A stretch of 60,605 bases of DNA, the filler included, from a candidate division TA06 bacterium SM23_40 (GTDB lineage Bacteria > LJUI01 > SM1-40), in NCBI GenBank assembly GCA_001303705.1. It is 7 parts of 7 records of this genome, joined end to end, with 100 filler letters (N's around TTAATTAATTAA, not from the genome) between each part and the next. Parts side by side here need not be neighbours in the genome. Positions count along the whole stretch, not along the records: positions 33,897 to 42,810 come from LJUI01000153.1; positions 42,911 to 48,774 come from LJUI01000154.1; 5 more parts are not named here. The stretch is one strand, 5' to 3'. Both the position numbers and the translations under genes were made by a program. How positions within the stretch are numbered: position 1 is the stretch's first letter; every line of letters begins with the position of its first letter. Of this stretch, positions 39,846 through 48,874 are shown piece by piece. The notes under the pieces were generated by a model. It was not told the DNA's origin. It searched no databases and saw only the letters and a list, made by a program, of their open reading frames with translations.

Positions 39846-40085
39846 CAGATTTCGGTGTAAGACGGGCGGTGGCCGCAGCGTGAGACGAGCGGTGACCACA
39901 GCGTGAGGCGAGCAGTGGCCGCGGCATCAGCTGACCTGTGACCCCAGCGTGAGACGGGCGGTGACCCCAGCGTGAGATGAGCGGCGACCGCGGCGTCAGT
40001 TGACCTGTGACCCCAGCGTGAGACGGGCGGTGGCCGTAGCATGAGGTGACCCGTGGCCGTAGCGTGAGCTGAACCGTGGCCGCGG
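39846..40085. repeat. 23-bp degenerate tandem array (about 10 units)
   Basis: Consensus GTG(A/G)CC(C/G)CAGCGTGAGACG(G/A)GCG; units at 39869, 39892, 39915, 39938, 39961, 39984, 40007, 40030, 40053. Confidence 0.92.
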
Positions 40086-40114
40086 ACCGGGATGAGAAGA
40101 CCGCAGAGGGAACG

Positions 40115-41272
40115 GTGAGACGCATCTATCTCGACAATAACGCGACCACTCCGGTCGATCCTCGCGTGTTCAAGGCAATGCGTCCGTTTCTCGAGGAGGA
40201 TTTCGGCAATGCCTCCAGCCTCCATGTGTACGGTCAGGCGGCGCGTAAGGCCGTGGAGGACGCGCGGGAGCGGGTGGCCGCGCTCATCGGCGCATCGAGC
40301 GAGGAGATCTACTTCACCAGCGGCGGCACTGAGAGCGACAACTGGGCCCTGAGGGGTGTGACGGCCGCGTCTGAGAAGGAGACTCTCCATCTCATCACAT
40401 CCACTATCGAGCACCCGGCCGTGCTTCGCACGAGCGAGCAACTGGAGCGCGAAGGGTACCGGGTGAGCTTCGTGAGCGTGGATCGAGATGGCAAGGTCTC
40501 CCTCGACGAGCTGTCGACGGCCGTGAATGAACAGACGGTGCTCATCTCGGTCATGCTCGCCAACCATGAGGTGGGAACGATCCAGCCGCTGGGCGAGATC
40601 GTCAAGATCGGGCGCGAACATGGGATCGCCGTGCATACCGATGCCGTGCAGGCAGTGGGGAAGATCCCGGTAGATGTCGGCAAGCTGGAGGTCGATCTGC
40701 TCTCGATCTCGTCCCACAAGATCCACGGCCCCAAGGGCGTCGGCGCACTGTACATCCGCAAGGGCACTGAGATCGCCCCGCTGATCACCGGCGGAGGGCA
40801 GGAGCGCACGATGCGCGCCGGAACAGAGAATGTGCCGGGCATCGTCGGGTTCGGCGAAGCCTGTCGCCTTGCACGGGAAGAGTTGGGGGAGCGGGAGGGG
40901 CGCGTTGCGCTCCTGCGCGATCGTCTCCCGGCAGGGAGCAGGGAGCGCATTCCACACGTTCGGTTCAATGGCCATCAGACTGACCGACTTCCCGGGACGC
41001 TCAGCGTCTCGTTCGAGCATGTGGAGGGCGAGGCCATCGTCCTGAGCCTTGATAACGAGGGCATCGCCGTGTCGAGCGGATCGGCCTGCGCCTCCGGATC
41101 GTCTGAACCGTCGCCCGTCCTCCTCGCCATGGGACTGGGATCTGAGCTCGCCCAGGGCTCTATCAGGTTCAGCCTGGGCAAGGATAATCTCGAGGAGGAG
41201 GTCGATCGCGTGCTCGATGTCCTGCCGCGCATCGTCGAACGCCTCCGTGCCATGTCGCCAAGGGCCAGATGA
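40115..41272 (+). CDS. iscS: Cysteine desulfurase, group I (IscS/NifS family)
   Basis: YLDNNATT, FTSGGTE, HTDAVQ, SSHKIHGPKG (PLP Lys), SSGSACASG; start set at GTG 40115 after a GAGGG RBS. Confidence 0.92.
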   Translation: MRRIYLDNNATTPVDPRVFKAMRPFLEEDFGNASSLHVYGQAARKAVEDARERVAALIGASSEEIYFTSGGTESDNWALRGVTAASEKETLHLITSTIEHPAVLRTSEQLEREGYRVSFVSVDRDGKVSLDELSTAVNEQTVLISVMLANHEVGTIQPLGEIVKIGREHGIAVHTDAVQAVGKIPVDVGKLEVDLLSISSHKIHGPKGVGALYIRKGTEIAPLITGGGQERTMRAGTENVPGIVGFGEACRLAREELGEREGRVALLRDRLPAGSRERIPHVRFNGHQTDRLPGTLSVSFEHVEGEAIVLSLDNEGIAVSSGSACASGSSEPSPVLLAMGLGSELAQGSIRFSLGKDNLEEEVDRVLDVLPRIVERLRAMSPRAR

Positions 41273-41405
41273 GGACACCTCCGAGCGTAGAACGGAAAGC
41301 TCTCCGGACTGACGTTCGGGGGGCATCTTCATACGTGCGGGGCAGGTAGGAGAGCCATGCGCCGCGCGGCGGCCCACAGGTGCCGGGCGGAGGGAGAGTC
41401 AGCAT

Positions 41406-42515
41406 ATGGCCGATCGCCAGTCAGGTTCCAGAATAGCAGTCGCGATGAGCGGTGGAGTCGATAGCTCTGTCGCGGCAGCTCGTCTTGTCGAGGCCGGCCA
41501 CGAGGTGATCGGGATCACCATGTCGCTGTACTGTCCTGAGCGAGAGAGCGTGCAGGCGCGGAGCTGCTGCGGCCTTGAGAGCGTTCACGACGCGCGCCGT
41601 GTCGCAGACCATCTTGGAATCCGGCACTATGTCTTCGATTTCCGCGACATCTTCGAGCGCGAGGTTATCGAGCCATTCTGCCGGGCCTATCTCTCGGGGA
41701 GGACTCCTAATCCATGTGTCGACTGCAACACAAGGGTGAGGTTCAGACATCTTCTCGACAAGGTGAAGGCCGTCGGCGCGGCCCGTCTCGCTACTGGCCA
41801 CTATGCCCGGATCGAGCACGACATGGAGGCAGAGAGGCGGATGCTCGCCCGGGGTCGCGACCCTGCCAAGGATCAGTCCTACTTCCTGTGGGGGATGACC
41901 CAGGAGTCACTGGCCCGGACTGCCTTCCCTCTCGGGGAGATGACTAAGGAGGAGACGAAGGAGTATGCGCGACGGCTCGGGTTGAAGGTCGCCGACAAGC
42001 CGGAGAGCCAGGAGATATGCTTCGTGCCCGAGGGAGGATACGGATCCTTTGTTGTCCGCCGCTGTAGCGAACAGATTGGTCCCGGCCCGATCTACGATCT
42101 CTCGGGGCAGGTGGTGGGGGAGCATCGAGGACTGCCTTACTATACGATTGGCCAGCGGAGCGGAACCGGTGTGGCGCTGGGCAGGCCGGTCTATGTCGTG
42201 GCGATCAGGCCCGACGACAACGCGATCGTCGTCGGGGATGAGGAAGCCCTGTACTGTGATCAACTCGTTGCCGGCCAGGTCAACTGGATCTCCGGGCACG
42301 CGCCGGACGGTGAGATCGAGGTGACGGCCAAGATCCGCTACCTCCATACTGGCGCCCGCGCAAGGGTGCATCCGACGGGGAGAAGATGTGCCGCGGTTCT
42401 CTTCGATCAACCGCAGCGCGCCATCACCCCCGGACAGTCTGTCGTCTTCTATCGGGAACGGCTGGTGCTCGGCGGCGGCGTCATCGGAGCCTGCCACGGG
42501 GTGGAGGGCAGATGA
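41406..42515 (+). CDS. mnmA: tRNA 2-thiouridine(34) synthase
   Basis: AMSGGVDS, SCC, TPNPCVDCN, ATGHYA, KDQSYFL, ESQEICF, TIGQR, TPGQ. Confidence 0.96.
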   Translation: MADRQSGSRIAVAMSGGVDSSVAAARLVEAGHEVIGITMSLYCPERESVQARSCCGLESVHDARRVADHLGIRHYVFDFRDIFEREVIEPFCRAYLSGRTPNPCVDCNTRVRFRHLLDKVKAVGAARLATGHYARIEHDMEAERRMLARGRDPAKDQSYFLWGMTQESLARTAFPLGEMTKEETKEYARRLGLKVADKPESQEICFVPEGGYGSFVVRRCSEQIGPGPIYDLSGQVVGEHRGLPYYTIGQRSGTGVALGRPVYVVAIRPDDNAIVVGDEEALYCDQLVAGQVNWISGHAPDGEIEVTAKIRYLHTGARARVHPTGRRCAAVLFDQPQRAITPGQSVVFYRERLVLGGGVIGACHGVEGR

Positions 42516-42603
42516 GGGTAGGGGGCTCCGTAAGAGGGATTGTCGTGGGAGCACACGGCTGGGCTATTTTGAGGGGAGGTTGCGCACACCGGAAGCGGGG
42601 GCA

Positions 42604-42810
42604 TAGACGTGTCAGACCAGCTGCAGGCTTGTGAGGTGCTTGCATCCGTGGCGGGGGCCTTAGACGTACGAGACCGGACACGGGGTTGTGGGGTGCTCTT
42701 ATCGGCGGAAGGGAAGGGTATGGACGAGCGAGACCAGATACATGTTCGCAATGTGCGTGCATCGGCGGGACCGAACGCTATAGACGTGTGAGACCGAACA
42801 CCGGGTAGGG
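42604..42810. repeat. Degenerate 57-60-bp periodic repeat at the contig end
   Basis: T(A/G)GACG-N4-AGACC core at 42604, 42661, 42721 and 42781. Confidence 0.6.
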
Positions 42811-42910
42811 NNNNNNNNNNNNNNNNNNNNNNNNNNNNNNNNNNNNNNNNNNNNTTAATTAATTAANNNNNNNNNNNNNNNNNNNNNNNNNNNNNNNNNN
42901 NNNNNNNNNN
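42811..42910. other. Artificial contig linker
   Basis: N run with TTAATTAATTAA. Confidence 0.98.
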
Positions 42911-43759
42911 GGTTGGACGCACGAGATCGTGACCCCCGGGTTCGTCGACCAGTGGCATCAGTCGACGCAGCGGAACTACACGCCCGGCGGTGCAGTGAGC
43001 TGGAAGTGCGGGGACACGGGACCCGGGGACTACGCGAACCTGCTCGATGCCGGTCTCATGACCCCTGAGCTGACGCTCCCCGAGAATCCGGTGTTGACGT
43101 TCTGGCACTGGATCGATGCGGAGATATCGCAGATGTATCCGGGCAGGGCGTATGACGGCGGTCTTGTCGAGATCTCGATCGACGGCGGGTTGAACTGGAC
43201 CCAGATCACGCCCGAGGGCGGGTATCCGTATACGAGCCGCGGCACGACAGGCCCGTTCCCCGAGATGACGCCGATCTACTCCGGCTCATATGACTGGAGC
43301 CAGGCGGTCTTCGACCTGAGCGGGTATTCTGGCGAGACTGTGCAGCTTCGGTTCCGGTTTGGCTCGGACCAGGGTGTGACTGCCGAGGGCTGGTATATCG
43401 ACGATGTGTTGATCGCCGGTCAGCCGGCGGTGACGGTCTCGGTGGAGCCCGATGCGTATGAGGTGCCGCGCGGCGGCACGCTCGGGTACACGGTGACGGT
43501 GGAGAACCTGAGCTCGTCAGCGCAGAGCTTCTACGGTCTGATCGATGCGTGGCTGCCGAACGGGTCACCGTACAGCGGCAATCCGCTCCTTGGTCCTGTG
43601 CCGGTGACGCTTGCTCCTGGCGGGAGCCGGTCGGAGTACCTGACACGCACGGTGCCGGCCATTGCGCCGCTCGGTGAGTATCTGCTTCGGGTGAAAGTGG
43701 GGAATCCGCCTGCCGACCTGCTCGATCAGGACTTCTTCCACTTCAGGGTCGTGCCATAA
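42911..43759 (+). CDS. Probable secreted protein (5' truncated): MAM/immune-inhibitor-A-like jelly-roll domain plus shared CTD
   Basis: LTFWHWIDAE, YDGGLVEISIDGG.NW, FDLSGYSG.TVQLRFRFGSD..V..EGWYIDDV; CTD at 43430-43759. Confidence 0.8.
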   Translation, partial: GWTHEIVTPGFVDQWHQSTQRNYTPGGAVSWKCGDTGPGDYANLLDAGLMTPELTLPENPVLTFWHWIDAEISQMYPGRAYDGGLVEISIDGGLNWTQITPEGGYPYTSRGTTGPFPEMTPIYSGSYDWSQAVFDLSGYSGETVQLRFRFGSDQGVTAEGWYIDDVLIAGQPAVTVSVEPDAYEVPRGGTLGYTVTVENLSSSAQSFYGLIDAWLPNGSPYSGNPLLGPVPVTLAPGGSRSEYLTRTVPAIAPLGEYLLRVKVGNPPADLLDQDFFHFRVVP

Positions 43760-43881
43760 GACGAGATCGGGGTTGTGCCATAGGACGAGTTCGCGTCGTG
43801 CCATAAGACGGATTCAGGATTGAGGCACAAGAGGATTCAGGGTCGCCTTACAGGACAAGTTCAGAGTTCTGCTGTGAGAGG
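43742..43881. repeat. Degenerate 23-24-bp tandem array beginning inside the gene end
   Basis: TTCAGGGTCGTGCCATAAGACGAG-like units at 43742, 43766, 43790, 43813, 43836 and 43860. Confidence 0.8.
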
Positions 43882-43963
43882 AGGTCTGTGATAGTCAGGA
43901 GGGTGTTTCGAAGTCCGATCCTGTTGCAGAGACACAGATTTTGCGAGTAGAGAGGAGAGACTG

Positions 43964-45616
43964 ATGGGTCGACGATGGATTGTGCTGCCCCTTGTACTGC
44001 TTATCGGTTCGAGCGTGGCGGCTGAGGAGGCCGACAACGGTGTGTGCGATGCAGGTGCCATCCCTGTGACACGATGGGAATCTCCACATGGCGAGGTCCC
44101 CCTCTCGTTCGAGGAATGGAGGGCGGCCCGTCCGTGGCCGAGAGACTTCTCGCTCGGCCGGGTCTATCATTCCGCGGTCAGGGCTGCTCCCGATGTGGAC
44201 GTCATCGTGAACAGCGAGCTGTACGATGACATCGAGGCCGCGTTGGGCCAGTACGTTGCGGAGCTCGAGTCCTGGGGATATGTCGTGACCGTCGATACGG
44301 CGTCTGCCGCTCAGACGATACCGGCGTGCGAAGAGCTGAGACAATATCTTGCGGACCGCCATGCAGCAGGACTAGAGGGAGTCGTGCTCATCGGCGACCT
44401 TCCTGTGCCCTGGTTCCAGATGATCGATGAGTTCGAGGGAGACGACCTTCGTGATGATTACGAGGAGTTTCCCATCGATCTCTTCTACATGGACCTCGAC
44501 GGTGAGTGGGCTGACGAGCTGCACTATGACCCCCAGAGTCAGCAGATGGTTCCCGGCCCTGACGGCATCTTCGACACCCATGAGGGGGGGATGGAGCCGG
44601 AGATCTGGACCGGGAGGATGACCGCATCACCCCTTGGGGATGAGGTGTACCTGATCACCAATTATCTCGGCAAGGTTCACGCATTCAGGACCGGCGCCAA
44701 CACGCTTGCCGAGCGGGCGCTCGTCTACGTTGACGACGATTGGTACCCGTGGGCCATGCAGTGGTCAGGCGATGTAGGGCTCGCCTATGGCGACCGGACC
44801 AACGTCTACGATCCGGAAGAGACAACGGCCTGGGACTATCGCGATCGTCTGGACGACGACTATGAGTGGATCGCCGTTCACGCACACTCCTGGCCGGGTG
44901 GCCATGGATTCGTGTACAACAACGGATCGAGCTGGAGTTGGTTCTATGCCTACGAAATACCGTCGATAGATCCTCTCGCTCTCTTCTATAACCTATTTGC
45001 CTGTTCTAACGCGCGGTACGTTGAGGACGGATATATGGGCGGGGAGTATGTTTTCGCCCCGACCAGGGGACTGGGAGCGATCGGTTCGACCAAGACGGGG
45101 AGCATGCTCGAATTCCAGGATTTCTATGGTCCGCTCGGAGAGGGCAAGGAGATCGGAGAGGCGTTCCGTGCCTGGTTCGAGGCGCAGATCAAGGACGGGT
45201 TCGAGATGTGGGAGAAGTCATGGTACTATGGGATGACGCTCCTCGGTGATCCGACCCTGCGTCCGCAGGCTCCAGCGGTATCGGTGGCCATGACGCCAGA
45301 GTCGGTGGAGCTGGCCCCGGGTGAGACGCTCGTCTATACAGCTACCGTGGTCAACCACGCGGATACGTCCGTGACGTTCGTAGGATACGGCGATGTCAGT
45401 CTTCCCAATGGGAATCCGTATCCAGGCAATCCTGTCCTCGGTCCGATCACGATCGTGCTCGGCCCGAATCAAGTGAAGAGTCGATCGATCCAACACGTAA
45501 TCCCGCTGGGGGCGCCCGCCGGCACGTACACGTATGAGGGCGTTGCGGAGACGCTCCTGGGGGAGGAGATCGACCGGGACGATTTCGAGTTCACGGTGAA
45601 CGCCTCTGCGGGGTAG
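43964..45616 (+). CDS. Secreted C25 (gingipain-like) cysteine peptidase-fold protein plus shared CTD
   Basis: Signal peptide; VLIGDLP, DLFYMDLD, PEIWTGR, candidate dyad HAHS...FACS, terminal LLGDPTL; CTD at 45278-45616. Confidence 0.75.
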   Translation: MGRRWIVLPLVLLIGSSVAAEEADNGVCDAGAIPVTRWESPHGEVPLSFEEWRAARPWPRDFSLGRVYHSAVRAAPDVDVIVNSELYDDIEAALGQYVAELESWGYVVTVDTASAAQTIPACEELRQYLADRHAAGLEGVVLIGDLPVPWFQMIDEFEGDDLRDDYEEFPIDLFYMDLDGEWADELHYDPQSQQMVPGPDGIFDTHEGGMEPEIWTGRMTASPLGDEVYLITNYLGKVHAFRTGANTLAERALVYVDDDWYPWAMQWSGDVGLAYGDRTNVYDPEETTAWDYRDRLDDDYEWIAVHAHSWPGGHGFVYNNGSSWSWFYAYEIPSIDPLALFYNLFACSNARYVEDGYMGGEYVFAPTRGLGAIGSTKTGSMLEFQDFYGPLGEGKEIGEAFRAWFEAQIKDGFEMWEKSWYYGMTLLGDPTLRPQAPAVSVAMTPESVELAPGETLVYTATVVNHADTSVTFVGYGDVSLPNGNPYPGNPVLGPITIVLGPNQVKSRSIQHVIPLGAPAGTYTYEGVAETLLGEEIDRDDFEFTVNASAG

Positions 45617-45716
45617 TCCTCACCAGCTGCCCTGATCGGGGGCAGTGGTGCGAACCTTGAATAGCCTGGCAGAATTGCCTCAGCTGGTTCTGTACAGGAG
45701 GAGGGAGTCAGAAATC

Positions 45717-47678
45717 ATGGCGAAGAGAGTGATCAGCATCAGTAGCGTCGTGTCGATTCTGGTCCTCGGGCTCACAGTACCTGAACTCGCTGCCGGCGTC
45801 TCCTATCCGTCGGAGATACTCACTCTCGAAGAACTGACCAGGGGAGTCAAGGAGGCCAGTGCTGTGTCGAGGGCGGCTGACATCCAGATCGCCAACACCA
45901 TCTCTATGGCAGAGGAACAGCTTGCCGATCAGCCATCGAGCATCGCCCATCGTGAGATGCTCCGGCTCTATACCGGTACCGAGGCCGGCATGCCGCGGCT
46001 CATCTTCGCCGAGGATGGGCCCATGTGCTGGAGCGTACCGCTTGTGCGGGATGAGGCGATCGTCGGGTTCCTGCTGTTCAACCCGTACACGGCATCGCTG
46101 ATGGCAACGCCGATGTGGCAGGCCGGTGGCGATCCGGCAGTCTCAGTCAGTGAGAAAGAGTGGAATGAGCTCGAGAGACTCGTGACTCGCGCGCTCGGGA
46201 TATCCGTGGGAAGCGAGGCGCGGCTCATCCAGATCGTGAACGGGTACGCGTTTCTCCTCTATCTGGCAGTTCCCGAGCACGGTGAGGTGTACCGCGTCGA
46301 TGTGACGAGCCTCGGCGAACCAGGCGGGCTTCACCCTCGTCGGCTCGTCGATCAGCCTGTGACTCAGATCCCGCCGTCGTGCATCAGGAGAGAACCTCCA
46401 GCACCGTCGGAAACGTCCGGGAGCGGGTACAGCCTCGACTTCCCCATTCCAACAAGCTTCTCGCTCGCGGTGATGCCGAGGGTCATTGATCAATGTGCCT
46501 ACGGGGCCTGTACAGGCCACGCCGCAACGTCGACCCGCGAATGGTGGGAGTGTGGAGCCATTTGCTACGATGGCACGGGGAATTCGGGCGAGTACACTTG
46601 TGAGTGCGACAAGAACTACTACGGGACATGTTATGACTGTATCGTCATCAACCTGAGCCGCGAGTACATGTACGACCGGACCCGCACCTGGCCCGAAGGG
46701 TACGTGTACGACATGGACTGTGACGTGTATGGATTCTGCATCAACAACAGCTGCGGACAGGGGACCTGTACCAATAACCTCGTTACCGATGGCGACATGA
46801 TGAGCAACAACCCGTACTGCCATCAGTGCGGGGGGGCCAATCCAGCCGACGCGGCAGCGGTACTTGTGGGGGAAGGGACCTGCACCGAGGCGTGCCAGCC
46901 CTATCCCAACTACGGGTACGCCGGCCCTCAGCATGCGGGGTGCACTAACGGTGGACGGGAGGCCTGTACGGATCAGTGCTGGAACGTCACCGGCCCCTGC
47001 GGAGACGACTTCAAGCTGCAGAGCTATGGTGAGGTGATGACGGTGGAGGAGATAACCGATGCGGTCTATCATCACGGACCGGTGTTGGGGGGCGGGGCGA
47101 TCTGTAGTCCCTGCTGGATGGGTATCGGCTCCAATGGCTGTGTCTGCTATCCCACATGCCCCTGCCCTATCGCCGGGGGTCATGCGTACATGATCTACGG
47201 CTATGATAACGATTACAATCCTCCGATCCTCTACCTTCAGAACAGCTGGGGGACGGGCTGGGGTCAGATCGGCCGCGGCATGACGAGCCAGGCGGCATAC
47301 ACCCAGTTCCACACGCCTCCTGACTTCTACTTCGTGGGCGGGAAGGACATCAGGATAACGGTCTCGCCGCACAGTACTGTCGTCCCACGGGGAGGCACGC
47401 TCTCCCTGACGGCGACAGTCGAGAATTTCAGCGATCAGCCGCAGAGCTTCTCTGCGTGGACCGATGTCTATCTGCCCAACGGGAACCCCTATCCCGGGAA
47501 TCCGGTGGCCGGTCCGAAGAGCGTCACGCTCCAGCCCTATCAACAGGTATCGAGGGAACTGAACCACTTCGTTCCTAACGTCGCACCGCTCGGCTTCTAC
47601 CGGTATGTGGGCTGCGTGGGAATCTATCCGATGCAGGTGGACGACGACGACGAGTTTATCTTCATCGTGACACCGTAG
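45717..47678 (+). CDS. Secreted papain-like (C1A) cysteine protease with Cys-rich insertions, N-terminal pro-region and shared CTD
   Basis: Signal peptide; QCAYGACT (Gln/Cys), GGHAYMIYGY (His), QNSWGTGWG (Asn); CTD at 47349-47678. Confidence 0.85.
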   Translation: MAKRVISISSVVSILVLGLTVPELAAGVSYPSEILTLEELTRGVKEASAVSRAADIQIANTISMAEEQLADQPSSIAHREMLRLYTGTEAGMPRLIFAEDGPMCWSVPLVRDEAIVGFLLFNPYTASLMATPMWQAGGDPAVSVSEKEWNELERLVTRALGISVGSEARLIQIVNGYAFLLYLAVPEHGEVYRVDVTSLGEPGGLHPRRLVDQPVTQIPPSCIRREPPAPSETSGSGYSLDFPIPTSFSLAVMPRVIDQCAYGACTGHAATSTREWWECGAICYDGTGNSGEYTCECDKNYYGTCYDCIVINLSREYMYDRTRTWPEGYVYDMDCDVYGFCINNSCGQGTCTNNLVTDGDMMSNNPYCHQCGGANPADAAAVLVGEGTCTEACQPYPNYGYAGPQHAGCTNGGREACTDQCWNVTGPCGDDFKLQSYGEVMTVEEITDAVYHHGPVLGGGAICSPCWMGIGSNGCVCYPTCPCPIAGGHAYMIYGYDNDYNPPILYLQNSWGTGWGQIGRGMTSQAAYTQFHTPPDFYFVGGKDIRITVSPHSTVVPRGGTLSLTATVENFSDQPQSFSAWTDVYLPNGNPYPGNPVAGPKSVTLQPYQQVSRELNHFVPNVAPLGFYRYVGCVGIYPMQVDDDDEFIFIVTP

Positions 47679-47693
47679 GCGAGTGTTGAACCG

Positions 47694-47729
47694 AGCCGCC
47701 GCCGGCACATGCGCTGGCGGCGGCTTTTT
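47694..47729 (+). terminator. Intrinsic terminator
   Basis: AGCCGCCGCCGGC-N6-GCTGGCGGCGGCT followed by TTTT. Confidence 0.85.
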
Positions 47730-47867
47730 GGGGTGGGGCCGTTGGTGGGGGGGCGTTCCCGCCGGGCAGTGCGGCGCGGCCGGGGGTTGCTGCCCCACGG
47801 GGGCGGGTCGCGGAACCATTTCCGTCGCCGGGATGTTGGAAGAAGAGAGCGGTCTGCGCATTTTCCC

Positions 47868-47896
47868 TTGACAATCTCGTGAAGTGGTGATATGCT
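47868..47896 (+). promoter_or_regulatory. Sigma70 promoter with extended -10
   Basis: TTGACA (47868-47873), 17-bp spacer, TGA-TATGCT (47891-47896). Confidence 0.75.
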
Positions 47897-48139
47897 ACTG
47901 TCGGCGATGCCGGGGTGGTGGCCGCGCACGCGGGCGGCGCCCCGGCATTGGCATTGGGTGGAGCATCCGGAACGGATGCTCGGCGATAGATGATCGAGTA
48001 GTGCGGCGAGGTGCGGCGAGGTGCCGCGCGGGTGCAGGATTCGGCTCTCCGGGTGCCGAGCCGGGTCCGCACCGTGACCTTCAACAGTACGCCAGAAGTG
48101 TCCGATCGGCTTCTGCAGCATAAGGAGAAGGCGAGAACC

Positions 48140-48774
48140 ATGATGAGAAGAGCGGTTACCGTGTCCTGTCTTGCGTCCGTGCTGATCCTCGCTCTTGCCG
48201 CAACCGGACTGTCGGCAGCAGCGCCCTATCCAAGCGAGATACTCCCTGTACAGGAGCTCACAGAGGGGACGAAGAGCTCTGCCTTCGTGTCCAGGGCGGC
48301 GGAGATCCAGATCGCGAATACTATTTCCGGAGCCGAGGAGCAGATCTCAGTCAACCAGGCCGGCCTCGGCCAACGTGAGATGCTCCAGTTATATACCGGT
48401 ACAGAGGCAGGAAGGCCGCGGCTTATCTTCGGAGAAGACGGACCGCTCTGCTGGAGCGTTCCCATGGTCCGTGACGCGGTCATAGTCGGGTTCCTCCTGT
48501 TCAATCCATACTCGGGATCGCTCATGGCTTCACCTCTATGGCAGGGCGGCGGCGCTCCTGTCGTATCGATCGGTGAGGCGGAGTGGAACGAGATTGAGGT
48601 GCGAGTGGCGCAGACGTTGGGTATATCCGTTGGCGGCGAAGCCCGGCTCATTCAACTGCCCAACGGTGCGGGCTTCACTCTCTATCTGGCCATTCCCAAT
48701 CGCGACGATGTCGCCCGCATCGATGTGACGAGCATCGGGGAGGCGAGCGGCCTCATTCCTCGGCTGCTCCATAG
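48140..48774 (+). CDS. Paralog of the C1A protease N-terminal region (3' truncated by gap)
   Basis: AAGGAG RBS; signal peptide; aligns by eye with the 45717 gene (YPSEIL..ELT.G.K, VSRAA.IQIANTIS, LYTGTEAG.PRLIF.EDGP.CWSVP, IVGFLLFNPY). Confidence 0.85.
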
Positions 48775-48874
48775 NNNNNNNNNNNNNNNNNNNNNNNNNN
48801 NNNNNNNNNNNNNNNNNNTTAATTAATTAANNNNNNNNNNNNNNNNNNNNNNNNNNNNNNNNNNNNNNNNNNNN
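48775..48874. other. Artificial contig linker
   Basis: N run with TTAATTAATTAA. Confidence 0.98.

Noticed and set aside
39846-40085. 23-bp array as a CRISPR
   Set aside because: Units are contiguous with no unique spacers, they are degenerate, and no cas gene is in the window.
40076-40114. ORF-track start of the cysteine desulfurase at 40076
   Set aside because: That GTG is the start of a repeat unit. GTG 40115 has an RBS and gives the usual xxIYLDNNATT N-terminus.
46143-47861. Long antisense or alternative-frame ORFs (also 39827-41377, 34085-35488, 8710-9873, 56469-57659, 5963-7006)
   Set aside because: They shadow well-supported genes on the opposite strand, as expected in GC-rich DNA, and have no family motifs.
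48001-48030. GTGCGGCGAG 10-bp tandem copies in a long 5' leader
   Set aside because: Too short and GC-rich to distinguish from chance slippage.
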